From Laetmonice hystrix (taxonomy: Eukaryota), in NCBI GenBank assembly GCA_965235115.1, contig OZ249436.1, positions 10,602,001-10,666,000 of the forward strand: DNA of 64,000 nucleotides. Direction: 5' to 3'. Positions 1-14,200 of the stretch are shown here, piece by piece. The notes beneath the pieces were generated by a model that was not told the DNA's origin, searched no databases, and worked only from the letters and a program-made list of their open reading frames with translations. A program made the position numbers and the translations under genes. The first letter of the stretch is position 1. Each line of letters begins with the position of its first letter.

Positions 1-3000
1 GTGTCACCAAGTGCGTTGTGGTGAACATTTTAACATGTTTATAGTCTGCTTCTACTGGTGAGCTGTATCGGACAATGTTACAGTTACGTTTGTATGACAA
101 GTCATCGACTAAAGAGCGGGTTACCCGTGCTCATTAAGTACAAACATTAAAAACGCTGCTAAAGTCGTACGATGTTAGTATTGAGGGGTGCCGAGACGGG
201 CATCGGGTATTATGGCCGCACCCGCCATCTAATTACGCGACGTGAGCTGTTTCGTCAACCACATATCGATAACGATGTCTTGAGTTGCATCGCCTGACTC
301 TTGCTTATCTATAGTCCTTGACAATCGTCATAGCTAGAGTCTGCTACCCACTTGTATGACGTCAACGGCTCAAGTTATATGCATTGGTCTATCATATAGT
401 TTTTTTGCGTTAATGATAGCCCAGTAGGCCTATAACTTTTACTTTTGTCAGTCTGGCCATGTGAATAAAGAGAAGGCAGCCCTTTGATGTCTGACTGGAA
501 TTCATTAAGGGCGCATTAAACATGTCTAATACATGTATTGTATAGTCTACACATATTTTACTCAAGTCAATTTGTCTGGGGAATGTTTGCAATGAGCTTC
601 ACGAAGCACAAAGTATCATTGACATATGAAATAAAATGCTAACATTGTATTGACAAAACTAGAGCACTGAATAATCTTATTTTCCTGTACACCCTTACCG
701 CCACCAACTTTTACATAACTATAACTCGGAGATAACTCTACGTTTGTGCCCGAACGTTTACAACAGTAAGAGATACAAGCATACAAGGCAAGTGCACCGA
801 CGGAAAAAGGTGTGCCCATAAAGTTCAGCGCGTGCAGGCCTTTATCAGAGTAGCCTAGACCTAGTCGTACACGCGTAGTGTTTACCCGATAACAGGCTCT
901 ACATCTTCGCCAACTATGTTTACTATTTTTCTCCCCTTTTCAACCTTATTTATACATAGGTCGAGGCAGGAGTGGGCGAAGTGTTTTGGTGTCGATTGAA
1001 TTACCACCACCTAACCCACTTGTTGAGACTATTGCCTCGGCCGACAGGCTGATACGTTGGCTACTCCGACCGTATACAGGGAGATTCATGGCCTGCCTCC
1101 TAATTTATCCTACTAATAATAGGGTTATATAGGCATTATAATTATAACAAGATGGTCAAAGTGAAAGCAAGATGTCACTTTTTAATTCAAGATCATGCCC
1201 ATAATGTTGGTGGCGCAGAAAAAAAGAATGGCCTTTTTATTTTCGCCTCTTCGAAGGTATCTGATCATAGAAAATGATTAACCATTATTTAAGCACCAAG
1301 AGACATACAAATTATACGCATACAACACAACTTAGGCATGCATGCAGTCTCTTTGTAAGATAATGGAACCAATTCAAACCAATTTCCTTCTGTCATTCCT
1401 AAATTTCGGCTACGCTGGTTCTCAACCACCAGTATAGGCTAGGCCTAATTAAAGAGTGAACGACATATACAAGGTGGTGTTTTTGTCATCATTTCTAAGA
1501 AAGGTGGAGGTGGGTAAACATATCAGGATAAGGAGAAACGTTGTAGTAAAAGCAGCCACTGTAGTATTGTTGATATACATGTGTCAGCAGTGCCAGGTCG
1601 GCCCTGCCCCTACGCACCCAAACTCTATGAATATTTGTCACACATTCTCCGAATCGTTTTGTTTGTAAACAAGTCTTACCCGGGGGCGAGTCGACTCCCT
1701 ATACCCGGCCTGAGTGCATACCCTGGCCACCACTGCGGAAGAACCCAGTCACAGTTACGCAACGACAAAACCCCTACAAGACACATCAGACGTGTCAAAA
1801 CCCGGGCACCTGTTCCACCCAGATTATATTAGGGTTATATGCTGGTCACCCAAAACCGTCCCCATGATAGGGGTTGGGCGTAAAAGAGAAAGAATAAATT
1901 GGGTACATCCCCGTGGTAACCTAAAACCCAAGAAATATGGTCGGGAGTAAAGATCCATAGCCCTGACCTCATCCCTAACCCCGGTCCTATACACCTCCCA
2001 AAAACACATCCCTATCCCTATCCCTGACTTTAAGCCGAATCCCTACGGTACCCACAAACTTTGTCTGGAAGTTACCATGGAGGAATAACCCGCATAATTG
2101 CTTGTCAGCTAAGACGAATGCGATAGCATGCTTCCCCTTTTAGGCTACCGCCGACCCCCTCCCACGCCACCCCACCCAACCCAGATTGGTGATATATGAC
2201 CATAATTATGCAATGGCTGTGCATGTAAACAGATACCATTTATACCCCGTGATACTCCCCCCCCCCCTCCCCCCGCCGCGGGTTGAAATTTCTTCTACTG
2301 CAGTGCCCTCAGCACCTCTCAGAAAGAAGACTATAGGCCTAATGTGCAGTCGTCAAGAGTGTGGGTTATTCAGGAATTATTTAGACCGAGAGTCTTTTAT
2401 TTTGAAATTGTCGGACAGGAGCACGTTCTGTCATTGACAAGGAAAACAAATTGTTTTGAAGTGACCAATATTAAGTTGAGTCGGTTTGTACCTTACATTT
2501 TGTTACCCCTAACATACAGATTGTTGGTTAAACCAGCCAAGCAGCTTTCTTTGGCCCACTTTTATCATACACTCCGGCCAACAATGTAGAGCGCGCAATC
2601 AAATTAAAAGATTTGTAATTATATTTCTGGATGTTCGAAGGCATGTGAAAACAAACAATTTATATGACAAAATGGCCATTAATTACATTGCGCGAATGAA
2701 ATGCATTCTATTTTGAGATCCACCACCCACGCCGAAATATGATATTTAAAGGGAAGAGTTTTGATTAATCTATTAATTTTGTTTTGTGTATTCCGCTTGT
2801 TTACATGGTATGACATGTTTGTCGGTTATTGTGCTGAGCTGCGACATGGTGAATGACGTCATGCAGAGTGGCGGACCGCTTGCCCAGTCGATATAGGCCC
2901 CCTCTAGGCCTACTGCCGGCAGGGAAAGGGGGTCTGGCGCTAAGTTTAGCACCGCGGATTCGTCTTGGCTTTCGGGTACAAATACAACGTGCATGGGCCT

Positions 3001-3098
3001 GGTGGAGCCCACACAGAAACTACACAATACGACGGCGTTTTCTTATCAAGTATTCTCACGTTCGGCAATCTTCGGCCGTCCGTAGAAAGGCCTCTCAC

Positions 3099-4242
3099 AA
3101 TCGGAACGACCGAGTCCATTTCGGGAAATAGACTCGGATAGTAAGAACGCCGTCTTGCTTGGCTGACGTCACAAAACTATTTTCAAAATGGCAGGTGATG
3201 TACACACAGACATGTGTCCGGGGAAAAGCGACACTGCACCTACCAGTGTTACATGCTGTCTGTGTGTCGAAGGCTGTAGGGCAAACGAAGGCTGTCACTC
3301 GCATATTGTACCGCACTTAGAAAAACTTCCAAGGGAGTCTCCATTGAATTCGTAATCTAGGCTATCGCACACGTGTGCGCTAGAGATCTATGGCTATGGC
3401 TATGGCTATGACATGTTGTCATTGTGTGGGCGCCGCCATTAGGCCCTATATGGTAAAAGTCGGACTGTCGAAATCGTATTGTGGCATCAAATTACGTGAA
3501 TTGGCCGGATCAGAGAGCACACCACATATCCGGCGGATTCTATATGACCGTAGAATTCTAACTTTCACTGTCCGAGTCAATTGGAACGAACGAGCCATTT
3601 CCGGTTTACTTTGTTTTCGGGAACTAGACTCGGACAGTGAAAGTGTAGAAATTTGACGGTCATAATATGCGGGGAATCCGCCGGATAGGCCTATGTGGTG
3701 TGCTCTCTGATCCGGCCGATTGAAAATTTAGTGCAGTCGATTGAACAACTGTTTTAGGTGTTGTGTGCATTTAAACAAGTTTTCCCCGACTGTACATGTT
3801 GATAATGAGCAAACAAGTAACAGGTTCACATAATTCGATGTCACAATACGATTTCGGCGGTCCGACCTTTCCCATAATGGCGGCGCCCACACGATGACAT
3901 GTCATAGTCATAGCCATCCATTGGCATATAGTGCACACGTGTGCGATAGATTACGAATTCAATGGAGACTCCCTTTGAAGAATTTCGGAAGAAGTGCGGT
4001 AGGCTTACAATATGCGAGCGACAGCCTTCGTTTGCCCCTCAGCCTTCAACACAGAGACAGCATGTAACACTGGTAGCCTATAGGTGCAGTGTCGTTTCTC
4101 CCCGAACACGTGTCTGTGTGTACATCACCTGCCATTTTGAAAATAGTGACGTCAGCCAAGCAAGACGGCGTTCTTACTATCCGAGTCTATTTCCCGAAAT
4201 GGACTCGCAAAGTAAACCGGAAATGGCTCGGTCGTTCCGATT
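3099..4242. mobile_element. About 1.15-kb foldback (long imperfect inverted repeat), probably a non-autonomous DNA transposon
   Basis: 3099-~3570 is the reverse complement of ~3630-4242 with indels (e.g. AAGGGAGTCTCCATTGAATTCGTAATCT / AGATTACGAATTCAATGGAGACTCCCTT). Confidence 0.75.
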
Positions 4243-4795
4243 GGGCCTCTCACAGATTATCACTCACGGCCCAAATAGGAACATGCGCGCCACCTCACTC
4301 GTTAGATTACTACACTGGGACACAAAGTAGGCCTAGTGCGTGCACTCGTGTAACATCAGAGCCGTAAATTTGAAGAGAATTTGGCCGAGGCGAGTACCGA
4401 AGGCGCGAGTCATTCATGTGGGAGGCCTCCTCCAGAAAATTTTTGCAATACAATTTTGTTTATTTTGGAAATATAGCCGAGGCATCTGCGTCTGCTGCCT
4501 CAATGCAATTTACGGCCCTGAAGATGGTTGCTGTTATCGTAGAGGTGCGTCAAGCAGTGATATTTCTTTATTTAACCTTATGCTGGATGCTTGTCTTTGA
4601 ATTTATACCACAGGTTCAACGGGTGTCACGGGGAAATCCGACATAGCTTATCAAAACAAGTAGGCCTAATTCGGCAAGCGGTGTCCTCATTCTGGAATCC
4701 TCGGTCATATCTTCGAAAGTAGCCTCGGGTGAAATAGGCGCCATTTTGAGCATTGCATCGCGGGTACATTTAGTCGGGACTCTCGCCAGCATGGC

Positions 4796-4977
4796 CAGGG
4801 CCGTAGCCTGCGGGGGGGGGGGGGGGCAGGGGGGGGGGCAGCTGCCCCCCCTGGGATTTCCATTTTTTTTGTTTTTTTAACCCACACCCCGGGCCAGCTC
4901 GACCGGCGCAATGACGCGCTATCACTTGGTAGGCCTACTGCCCCCCCCCCTCGCATTTGGGCCAGGCTACGGCCCTG
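4796..4977. mobile_element. G-rich MITE, 5-bp TSD
   Basis: TIR CAGGGCCGTAGCC / GGCTACGGCCCTG; TSD ATGGC on both sides. Confidence 0.8.
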
Positions 4978-5563
4978 ATGGCAGTGCTTGTAGTATTTTG
5001 CCTGCATCAGGCATGGAAGCAACTAAAATAGGCCTCCAGCGCTTTCCCCAGAGTCAGTGGGCAATATTACGATAGTATCATGTTCATGATACAAGTAGCC
5101 CTACCATGTGTCGTGTTGTTGTCGTTCAGGGGCGCGGCCATATTTCTTCCCATAATTTGATAAATTACCATATCACGCCCATTTAGGTAAATTAGGTGAT
5201 TCATTTCTCTTCTTCAAACGTTCCCCTTCATACCAGAAATTTATATTTGCACATACAACGCCGAAGGACCAGGTTTCTATAATGCACTACTTCCTGGCTC
5301 GATGGGATATGACGGTTCACTCAGTGCCTCGCTACACAGGTCGATTTCGCCATGTATCTGGTTGCCAATGGCGCCCATTTCACACGAGGGTATATGCAGA
5401 AATGACGTCATATGCCCGAGGGAATCCCGAATGCATACGCCCCTGCGCCTTACCCAGGTTCCCGTACGATATATTTGAGCGTTCATTTCAGCAAAAGGGC
5501 GCGATCGTGAGCGTGCTCATCAAGAATATCTTATGCATTCTAGAAAATGGCTTATTTGGACAT

Positions 5564-5710
5564 CAGCACTGGCGTATCCAGGGGGTTTCCAAGTAGGCCT
5601 ATCCTGGAACCACCCCCTTGCCCATGCCACATATAATATGATAACATGGAAATTTGATCATTTCGACCCCCCCCCCCCTCCCTTAGCGACAAATCCTGGA
5701 TACGCCACTG
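5564..5710. mobile_element. MITE, 5-bp TSD
   Basis: TIR ..TGGCGTATCCAGG / CCTGGATACGCCACTG; TSD GACAT. Confidence 0.7.
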
Positions 5711-8700
5711 GACATTGCATTCTTATTATTTGGGTTTTCGTTCATTGCTAAAAAAAGGTCCAGTTCGGGCGAAGAGGCATGGTATAGGCCTATTTCAGTA
5801 AAGCATAGATCTCGATCTTTAATGTGGTACCCTCACATTCGACACGACGTAATGCAGCACCCGTTATAGATACATTGACTGCCAGATAAAGAACTGCCAA
5901 TGCACTCACGCCCAATGCCAATCCTTGACAAACGACCGCGTGGGAGTGAAACGACACAAGTGCCACTCTTGAATTATAACTAATACCTTCCCTGGAAATT
6001 GAAATTGTTATTTATCTGACAGGTGCACTAAAATAAAGTCACATGCCATTTAAAAGTGCTTTCAATTTGCCGGATATATTGTTTTATTGATATGTTTACT
6101 GTTCTCTCATTACATTATAGAGAACCCCTGTAAACTATATAGGCCTATAATTATGTAAACGCCCATCCACGTATCTGTATGTTTGTGAGCGTGGGTCATG
6201 CATGCTTGTTTTGGTATATTGACGTGAGAACCGGCCAATTAAAAAGGACTGCAGAATTATCAGTCAGGTACAGGGTCCTGGCTATACCATCTCTCTCGTT
6301 AGTCCTCCCCAGTGCTCCGTAACTGGGTTATAAAAAGATGTTCGTATATTTAGCCGTCTCTTTGTTTCATTCTTTCAATTGTTTCCCGGGGAGGTATGTT
6401 TGTACTTCATACTTATCATTACCCTTGGAACTCTTAGAACATTATTAGGTTTCGCTTGGAGTAAGCAAGTTATAACAGTTAAGATACTGACAACATGCAG
6501 GGAGTGAAAGCAGGCATTCAGTCACTTTCTCACCATTGTACATTGACCGACTTATACTTGATACACTTCTACGTTCACAGAAACCAGAAATAACAACGCG
6601 GAATGGCTGCGATATGCACCCAAAACCTACGACCACATTGTTGATTCCAATGAAGATGTAATTGCATTTTGACGGCTGAGCGTGCCTCCAGAGACGGACA
6701 CTCGCTTTGTCGACATCAGACTGCCTGGAGTGTGGGGTTCGCCATCCCGCCCCCGTACTGCTGCCGAGATTAACTATTATGGCAACAGTGTTGTCATTTG
6801 TTGGCACAAATCGTACCAACATCTTCGGCTGGGGCATTGATCTACATGAGCATGTCTTTAGGGGGCTGTTGTGTTTGTTGCGGTATACGGGGGCGGACAG
6901 CTTAGGTATCCAGGTTAAACTATATAATGTCCCCTTTTTGCAGGCAGCGTGCGAAACCATACTCTCCATATACTACTGACGCTGGTACCGGAAGCTGATA
7001 CCATCTCGTGGGTGTACAGCCGACACTGCGACTGTCGCCCAACGATACTTGTATGACGGCTTTACAAGTGCAAGATCTATGGATCACGTACCAAGTCGTT
7101 ATCAATGGATAAAAAAAACTGACAGATGAGGAAATTGTGAACCGGGCGTTCCTAACGACTTGTGCTGAACCATTCAATGTGAGAACATCATGCCAAAGAC
7201 TTTTTTCCCCCTGTGAAGACGACTTCAGATTAAAAGTTGAAAAACGCTTTAAAATAAACCATACATACAGTGTGTATCTACTTCAATTAGTTTTTGAAGG
7301 AAACTTTCCTTTCCATTAAAGTGCAAGTGCTCGACAATTCCCAGATTGCGTGACATGTAATCATAACGTCTTTAGCAGCATGCGCTTGAGTGACAGTTTG
7401 ACGTTTTGTTTGCTGTGGTCTGTCTTTAGGACATAATCATACCGAGACACTTAAAGTTATCATAATTATTCCTATTACCGATGTTATCTTTTTTTTAAAT
7501 GTACAGATTATTTCAGTCGTCTTTAATATTATATCATACACGTAATCATCGTTACCCTTAGTCCATTCCACCTTCAATGTGAATTTCAGGGTGTTAACTT
7601 TTTGTTGTATCCTTGTTTTGTCGTTTTGTAAAGACAAACTGACCTAATCGGTTGTCAGAAAGAAAAGGCCATATAGGCCGTCACCTGTCACAGCTTACCA
7701 CCGTCCCAACCACTTCTCTATAACCAACCCTACCATGATACCCGGATCTTATTGGTGGCCGCCCCTTCACGAGACAGACACAAGGCGCAGCATGGGAGAC
7801 TGCTGTCAAGTATCCTGTAATTACGATACAATAGGCCTGTCGACCTTGTCTATGACTGGCTGTGGCGTCATGCCAGCTAAACACGTATGTCGTAGACTCA
7901 GGAAGTGGCTGTCGTATAATGACGGACTTTAACTACTAGACAGCCCAGGGCAAGCAGGCCTACAGCAATCTGAGACCTACCGCTATCAGCCTTTCAAGTT
8001 GAACTTGGAGGCTTACAGGAATTGGCTCTCGAAACGTCTTGCCCTGCGATTTACATAAAATAGTATTGCGAGGAACCTAGAAAGCAGAGAAGCGATCTCC
8101 TATTGTTCTGCAGTGTAGTAATCGTGACATCAAAAGTGTACACACAACTTTATAAGCAAAAATTTATGAGAAGAAGACGAGAAAGAAGAAGTGTTCTATA
8201 AGGAGTTGTTAGTCTAACTTAAATGACTCATTCTCAACAGGCGCACCATCAAGGCTCAGGGAATGACGCGACGCCCTCCCTCCCCCGTTCCACATGGATG
8301 ACTGACTGATGAATCCGAAGGTCGCCCTATATTTCACCTACTGTGGGGGTACAACACTGCGTTCCAGGTGGTTATTTTGTCTAGACATCTCGCGCTTCAA
8401 ACAGATCCGGCCCCCATATGGCGATATGCACCTAGTGCACTTACCTTCTCTTTTTTCAGCCTATTCAATAATTTCATGCGTATTTCTTCCAGGTGAATCA
8501 TAGCGTTTATATACACTTCAGGCACAAATCAACGAAAACTGAAATTATCCCTATAAATAGACGCATGAGTCATAAATATAATCTGTTAAGTCGCAGGAGG
8601 AGGACGCCTTATCTTCCACGATATTCATGAGTTGTTTACCATCGCATTGTATAAGGGTCTGTTTCTACATCACACCTTCCTTAATATAAAGGGCCTGAGG

Positions 8701-9899
8701 TCTTGTTTAACATTTCAGGGTGTGTGCAGACAGCAACCGCCAAGTTACGTGTGCTATCCAAGATATTTTGCTTACAAATCTAGCGCCTATAGTATAGGTG
8801 TAGGTCGACTTGTCGTTTGGAGGGCTCGGCGCTTTATTGAGAGAGGGTATGAGGCTGACCTCGACATATAGTATTACAGATTTTCATTTTGATCGATTGG
8901 GGTACGTTTCTAATCGCAAGCATAGGAAGATAATTCATCACCAAGAATGGTATTCGATCATTCCTATACATATTATGTATGATGAAAAATGAAACATCGG
9001 TCATCGGGGCCTGTACCGATAAGATAAGTTTAACTCTGCAAGATGCTGTTCAGGAGGAAAAGCGGCATTTTGTATATCTGCCATATTCATTTCTTTCCAA
9101 GTTACTTACCGCTTTCGTCTTAGCCATCGTCCATACAATGTTTTTGGTTATTCCTACGTAAGCTATAGGGCGGGGGAGTAACGCACCCTTTTGGTAAATT
9201 TGACTCACATGCAAGCTGCATCATTGTGAAGTCATGCACATAGAGGTCTAATAGAGGGGCGGTATTATATTCTCTTCAGTGTCAGTTTTTACAAACTTTC
9301 TTTGACCGCCGCGACTTAACAATACGTGTCACACGACTAGTGACAGACATTAAAGGTGTGATAAGTAACAGTGTCTGATCGGTGTTATAATGACCAAGAG
9401 TAGCCTATATGTCATAACCACAGGTGATTACATCTAGTCAACTGCCCATCCCTTTTAAAAGGGCCACACAGGCATGCTGGTGTTTGCTTTGTCTGTAGAC
9501 AACCACGGTTCTGCGTCAACAGCGAACATGAATAACATTCCTGGGGGTGTCCGTCGCTTGGCAAGGGAAACTTTTTTCAGGGAAGTCGGGTTAATCTGAG
9601 TAGCTGAAGCATGGAGATGTTCGGAACTAGTGTTGTCACTGGTTTTAACTTTTTCCCACTCAGTCAAATCTTTCTTTGTTCTGAACACCCATCACCTACC
9701 GTGCAAGATGAACTATATGTATGGTTGGCAGGTGTGGGCATCTCCACTTCATGACATGCTCGCCTACGCGGAGTATGCCCCTCAAGTCGACTAAACAATC
9801 TTGTAACATAGACAGACCGCCTTACATAATAAAGAATTTATCTCTATGCGGTAAGTACAAAGTTCTTGCCGCACAAAGAGTGGTAAAGCGGTTAAATCA

Positions 9900-10430
9900 A
9901 AGGCATCCCTGCTCCCGCGGTGGGATAGAGTCCTAAACAAGGGACGTAAATTTGTCTAAAACTTTATAGGAAGGTCATCCATGCCCTCCGGAAGAACCAA
10001 ATGCTGTTTTTGTTTATAGGGGCTTCCCCCGGCCTCGAGCGAAATCTGATGTGCACGCTTGGTGTTCCTCTTTGAATTAGTCACTAAAGGGCCATGTCGC
10101 TGACGGACAGTTAGGTCGTCCCCGTTGGTGCATCTTTTATCATGCACCCTCATGTGTGATAAATCTTCGTGATCCAAACATAGCTAACATATAGTTCACA
10201 CCAAGGATTCCCTGCCCCTTCGACTTGCTTTGCTTGCTGAAGTATCTCAGAGTTCCAGCGGTATGGCACCATCAAATATACTGCTTTTCCTGTCAAACTA
10301 AGGTCCCTGACCTTTCTTCTTCTCCTCAGAGGCCAGCCTATTAATGATGAGGGACTTAAAGCCACTCGAGTTCGCAAGAAATCAGGGTACGTTGGACATT
10401 CGAGAATAGACGGAGAATACAATTTGTAAT
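9900..10430 (-). pseudogene. Decayed Crypton-like tyrosine-recombinase fragment
   Basis: Frameshifted pieces DFLRTRVAL, EKKKGQG, MFGSRR..HE and SKRNTKR resemble the Crypton/DUF3504 consensus as I recall it; judged by eye only. Confidence 0.3.
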
Positions 10431-11005
10431 ACATAAAGTCATATTAAACACGCAAACGTTATCAGCTTGTTCAATAATCGTCATATACATTATCATACTT
10501 TTAAAGCAGCCAGTGAGAACCATTTATCTTTATTTTACGTGTTGCTATAGTTGCAGGAACTTCTCCTATTTCCTCTTTGTTCTCATTGAATGAGTCTTCT
10601 TTTCTCGTTCAATGAATTTAAGGGTGAATTGGGCAAGGGGGGACAAACGAAAAATTTGCGTTGGTATGAACCGCCTTTATAGGGACGGAAACGCCTCTGC
10701 GGGAAGCAGTGACCAAAACTTTAATAAGCTGCATGCATCCTGTAATATCCAGCACCTTCCATAGGATATATCAATACATGTATACGTGTATGCCGGTGGT
10801 GGACCTACCACATACAGATCATTGAAAACCCCGTGCCTGTGGCTTGTGGCTTTTCGTGTGATTTTGTCATAATTGTAGCAAGGCACCGCCCTCGCTTCAC
10901 TATATCGGCTCGCATGTGTAATTATTAGGGAGCGGATACTGAATGAGATGATAGTGGAGACGTGAGGAGGGGGGCATGATGTATGCATACTCAGGCCAGA
11001 CGCTT

Positions 11006-11042
11006 TATAAGGGGAACTGTTTTCCACCAGACGCATTCAGAC
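11006..11042 (+). promoter_or_regulatory. Follistatin core promoter (TATAA plus Inr-like TTCAGAC)
   Basis: TATAA at 11006-11010; pyrimidine-CA element about 30 nt downstream; 95 nt further to the ATG. Confidence 0.5.
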
Positions 11043-11133
11043 ATTCACGACTCCGGTGACAGCTCCGTCTACCGGCTGCCTTGGAACCATTTTCTGCGCG
11101 TGCCAGCACTTAACGCACAGACAACTTGAAATA

Positions 11134-11212
11134 ATGCTGTCACTTCACAAATGTGTTTGGGACATTACGTTCAAACTCCTCATGCTGTCATACTTCACCA
11201 AGACATCGCTAG
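11134..11212 (+). CDS. FST: Follistatin exon 1 (leader MLSLHKCVWDITFKLLMLSYFTKTSL)
   Basis: ATG lies downstream of TATAA (11006); the exon ends CTAG|GTGAGT in phase 1 and joins exon 2 as SL-A-GLCW. The leader is only moderately hydrophobic. Confidence 0.72.
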
Positions 11213-14200
11213 GTGAGTATTGAATTTAAATAGCTCATATAAACTTTCCCCCCATTATTATCCGGTAACAGACCTGACGGCAGTGCACAGAGCAAGAAGA
11301 TAAGACAGTGGTGCAAAAGCATAAAGCATAAAAAAAGCATGACCTTTGCACTGCGGCATTCAGTAAAAAAAGATAAAAGGTGTGTGTGACTAAATGCTTA
11401 CACCTGTTGATGAGTGTTTCTGGGGAAACCAAACACGTGATGACGGAATTGTAGATGTTGTGGTGAGGGTATAATAGATCGTTCATTGTTTATAAGTTAT
11501 ACTAGTTCTGGATATACCGGCAGGTGTAACTAATAGGTCTAGGCCTGTAGGACATACAGACTTGGCCGGCGATCCGTGCATGGAACGCGGAACCGCAGAA
11601 CATGAAAAAACAGCTGACAGAGGTTGATATTGTCGAGCACCGGCAGCCTTCAAATGATCACTTCACGACTTTAGGAAGATCTGAGGACGGAACAAAAGTC
11701 TTAGCCAGAGTCTCTGGCCAATAAAAAGGGAAACACATGACCGCGCGCCCCTCCCCCAGCAATTACGGTACACGCCTGAGTCTAAAGCCACGTGCATGCT
11801 GGCTTGTGGGGATAACATGGTAACGGGGTTTTACAGCTAGACGCTGTAGGCCTACAAGAATCATACATTGACCCTATTCCTCCATACCGGACATTGACTC
11901 TATTTTGATGTCTAAAGGCTAGCCAGTTTTCTGTTTGGTTCGTGTAGTTTAAACAAATAAATAAAGGTTGGATATTGTCTTCATCCAAGTCACAACAAGA
12001 CCAGTGGTTGAACATTTGCAGGGGTAGGTGGGGGTGAATCCCCTTGAACGACCGGCACCAAAATTAAATATGACATAAGGTAAGTTTTCTGGTAGGCCAT
12101 AGTAAGCAAAAATCGAAATATATATCGCGAAAGTTGGTATGTGCTCACATTTTAGGTACCTAATTTATGTATAGGCTACTCATCACAATTAGGGGGCCAA
12201 CACACTCATGCACTTTCGGAATCGGCTGACCAGCCGGCCGCATTAGTGGATAAGACCCTTTAAACAACCAACCCACTACCACCAACTGTATAACACCCTA
12301 GGCCTACATATTTCCAAAGGGAAGATAGTTTCCATAGATGATTAAAGGAGGGGATTTATGTCGGCAGAATCAATCTGTCACCTATAGATGTTACACTATG
12401 GTTCTCATGTCCACAGCTTTGTGCGGCTCCTTCTCCACCTCTAAAATGGTAGCATATAGAAGAGTCAGTTACGGGGACGTTGTAGCAGTCAGAACGTCAG
12501 TCGGCCGCTGACAGCAACGCACTACAGACGCCGGACATGCGAGTGGTCTGGGCTGGCCCACTCGGCAGGTTGCATGACTTTCCGTTAGCCCTTCTCCGTC
12601 AAACCATGCAACTCATCAGGTTTACATCAGCATTCTATAATCGTTTCTTCGTTAGAAGTAGCGTTAGTGTTGTTTGAAAAGGCTTTATAAATCCGCAAGC
12701 CGCATTGCCCGTTAGATCCTCGTTACGTTTTTCCCGTTGCATTGGAATCTCTCCTGTCTCAGTGTGGAGCGTCCAAGTAGGCCTATACTTGGCACTGTGT
12801 TGATACATTTCACGCCAATCTTTCCTCTGCCTACTTGGCCTGGTCCTCAGGTCTGCGGACGCGTCTGGTAGGCAGGGGACCAGGCTACTGCCTACTGAGG
12901 TTCATGTCTTTCCGGGTGTGGCATCATCTACTTCCGGGTGTTGCATCATCTACTTCCGGCTGTGGGAGGGGGTTCGAGTACTCATGCACACCAGGTGGTG
13001 TGGCGAGGCTACACCTTCTTCATGTTATAACTGATAATGCAATAAAGAAACCATACCAAACCCCTTGTCAGCTCGATTATAAGCCTACACGACGATGCAC
13101 TTGAAGAACTTTGAATTTACTATAAATGACGAGTAGACGTGTGGTAGGCCTACATTCCGATATGTGACCGTCTCACCAAAGATCATGCAACTGAAACCAC
13201 TTGAACATTCATTTGAAAGAAATATAGCACGAATGAATGAGGAGCAACTTGAATGGACATATTGGCTACTTCTTGGCTTAATCTACATGATGATAAGCAC
13301 ATCCCTGTGTCTGTCGCACTAGGTCTTGGGGTAGATCTACTATCTAGACCAGTTTATAAATACGATCAACCAGTCGCCTAAAAGTGAAGCGAACATGACA
13401 TGCCTACTAGACCTAAAACGATTATAGTAGGCCCCTAGATCACTACAGGAAAATTTCAATGAAGTCATTCAACGCACCCACCTCCTTACGATGACCTTGT
13501 GATTCAAGTTCAAGAGCAGGGAGGAAGGCCTTCTATAAATCATATGGCCTTAGGACCTGACCTATAAGGATTTATAGGAGAGAATCGTTTTAAGGTTTCG
13601 CCTCCCATTCTAGGATATGAGCATTTCCCATGGGCACATGCTGATTCCTGGCCAGCAACAAAACGTTGTAGGTTCCTTTCTTCATCACCGCAAAATTAGT
13701 AATAATAATTAAAGAACTACATGCTAATGATCTGTATAGAGTAAATGTTGAAGGAGTTTTCTGGTATAAGCAACACTGATGTCTGGATACGCGAAACGCT
13801 GCGTCCTATTTGTGTACCGGAAGCTACAACCCTTGACGTGGCCCCTAATCTGTCTATCATTTTATCATCCCCACCTGGCTGGACTTGAAAGGTTACATAT
13901 GCATTTTTTTCCACACGAAGACAGCGGGAAATTGGGAAAGGCGCCGACAACAATTATCTATGGCGGACATATTCGGCGATTCATGAAGCAGCTTAGGCCT
14001 ACTCCTATAGGCCTACAAATCCGCTGACATTCATATGCGTACTAGAATTATGAAGCTATCAAGTGATTCATAAGCTTGGCGGCTGGATTGTATTAGCTCG
14101 GCTCGTATGGATAACGTGTTGCCAATGGCACTATAAGTTTGTTTTCTCTCTCTCATAATAAGTTTATCTAAGTCGGACAAGGTCGTTGGCTCTACAACAT

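Noticed and set aside
481-489. TCF/LEF site CCTTTGAT (also 9896 on the other strand)
   Set aside because: Single short motifs at chance frequency.
6445-6969. 174-aa minus-strand ORF
   Set aside because: No recognisable domain, no convincing splice context, and non-coding-like composition.
12076-12085. AAG|GTAAGT as a recursive splice site in FST intron 1
   Set aside because: No upstream polypyrimidine tract.
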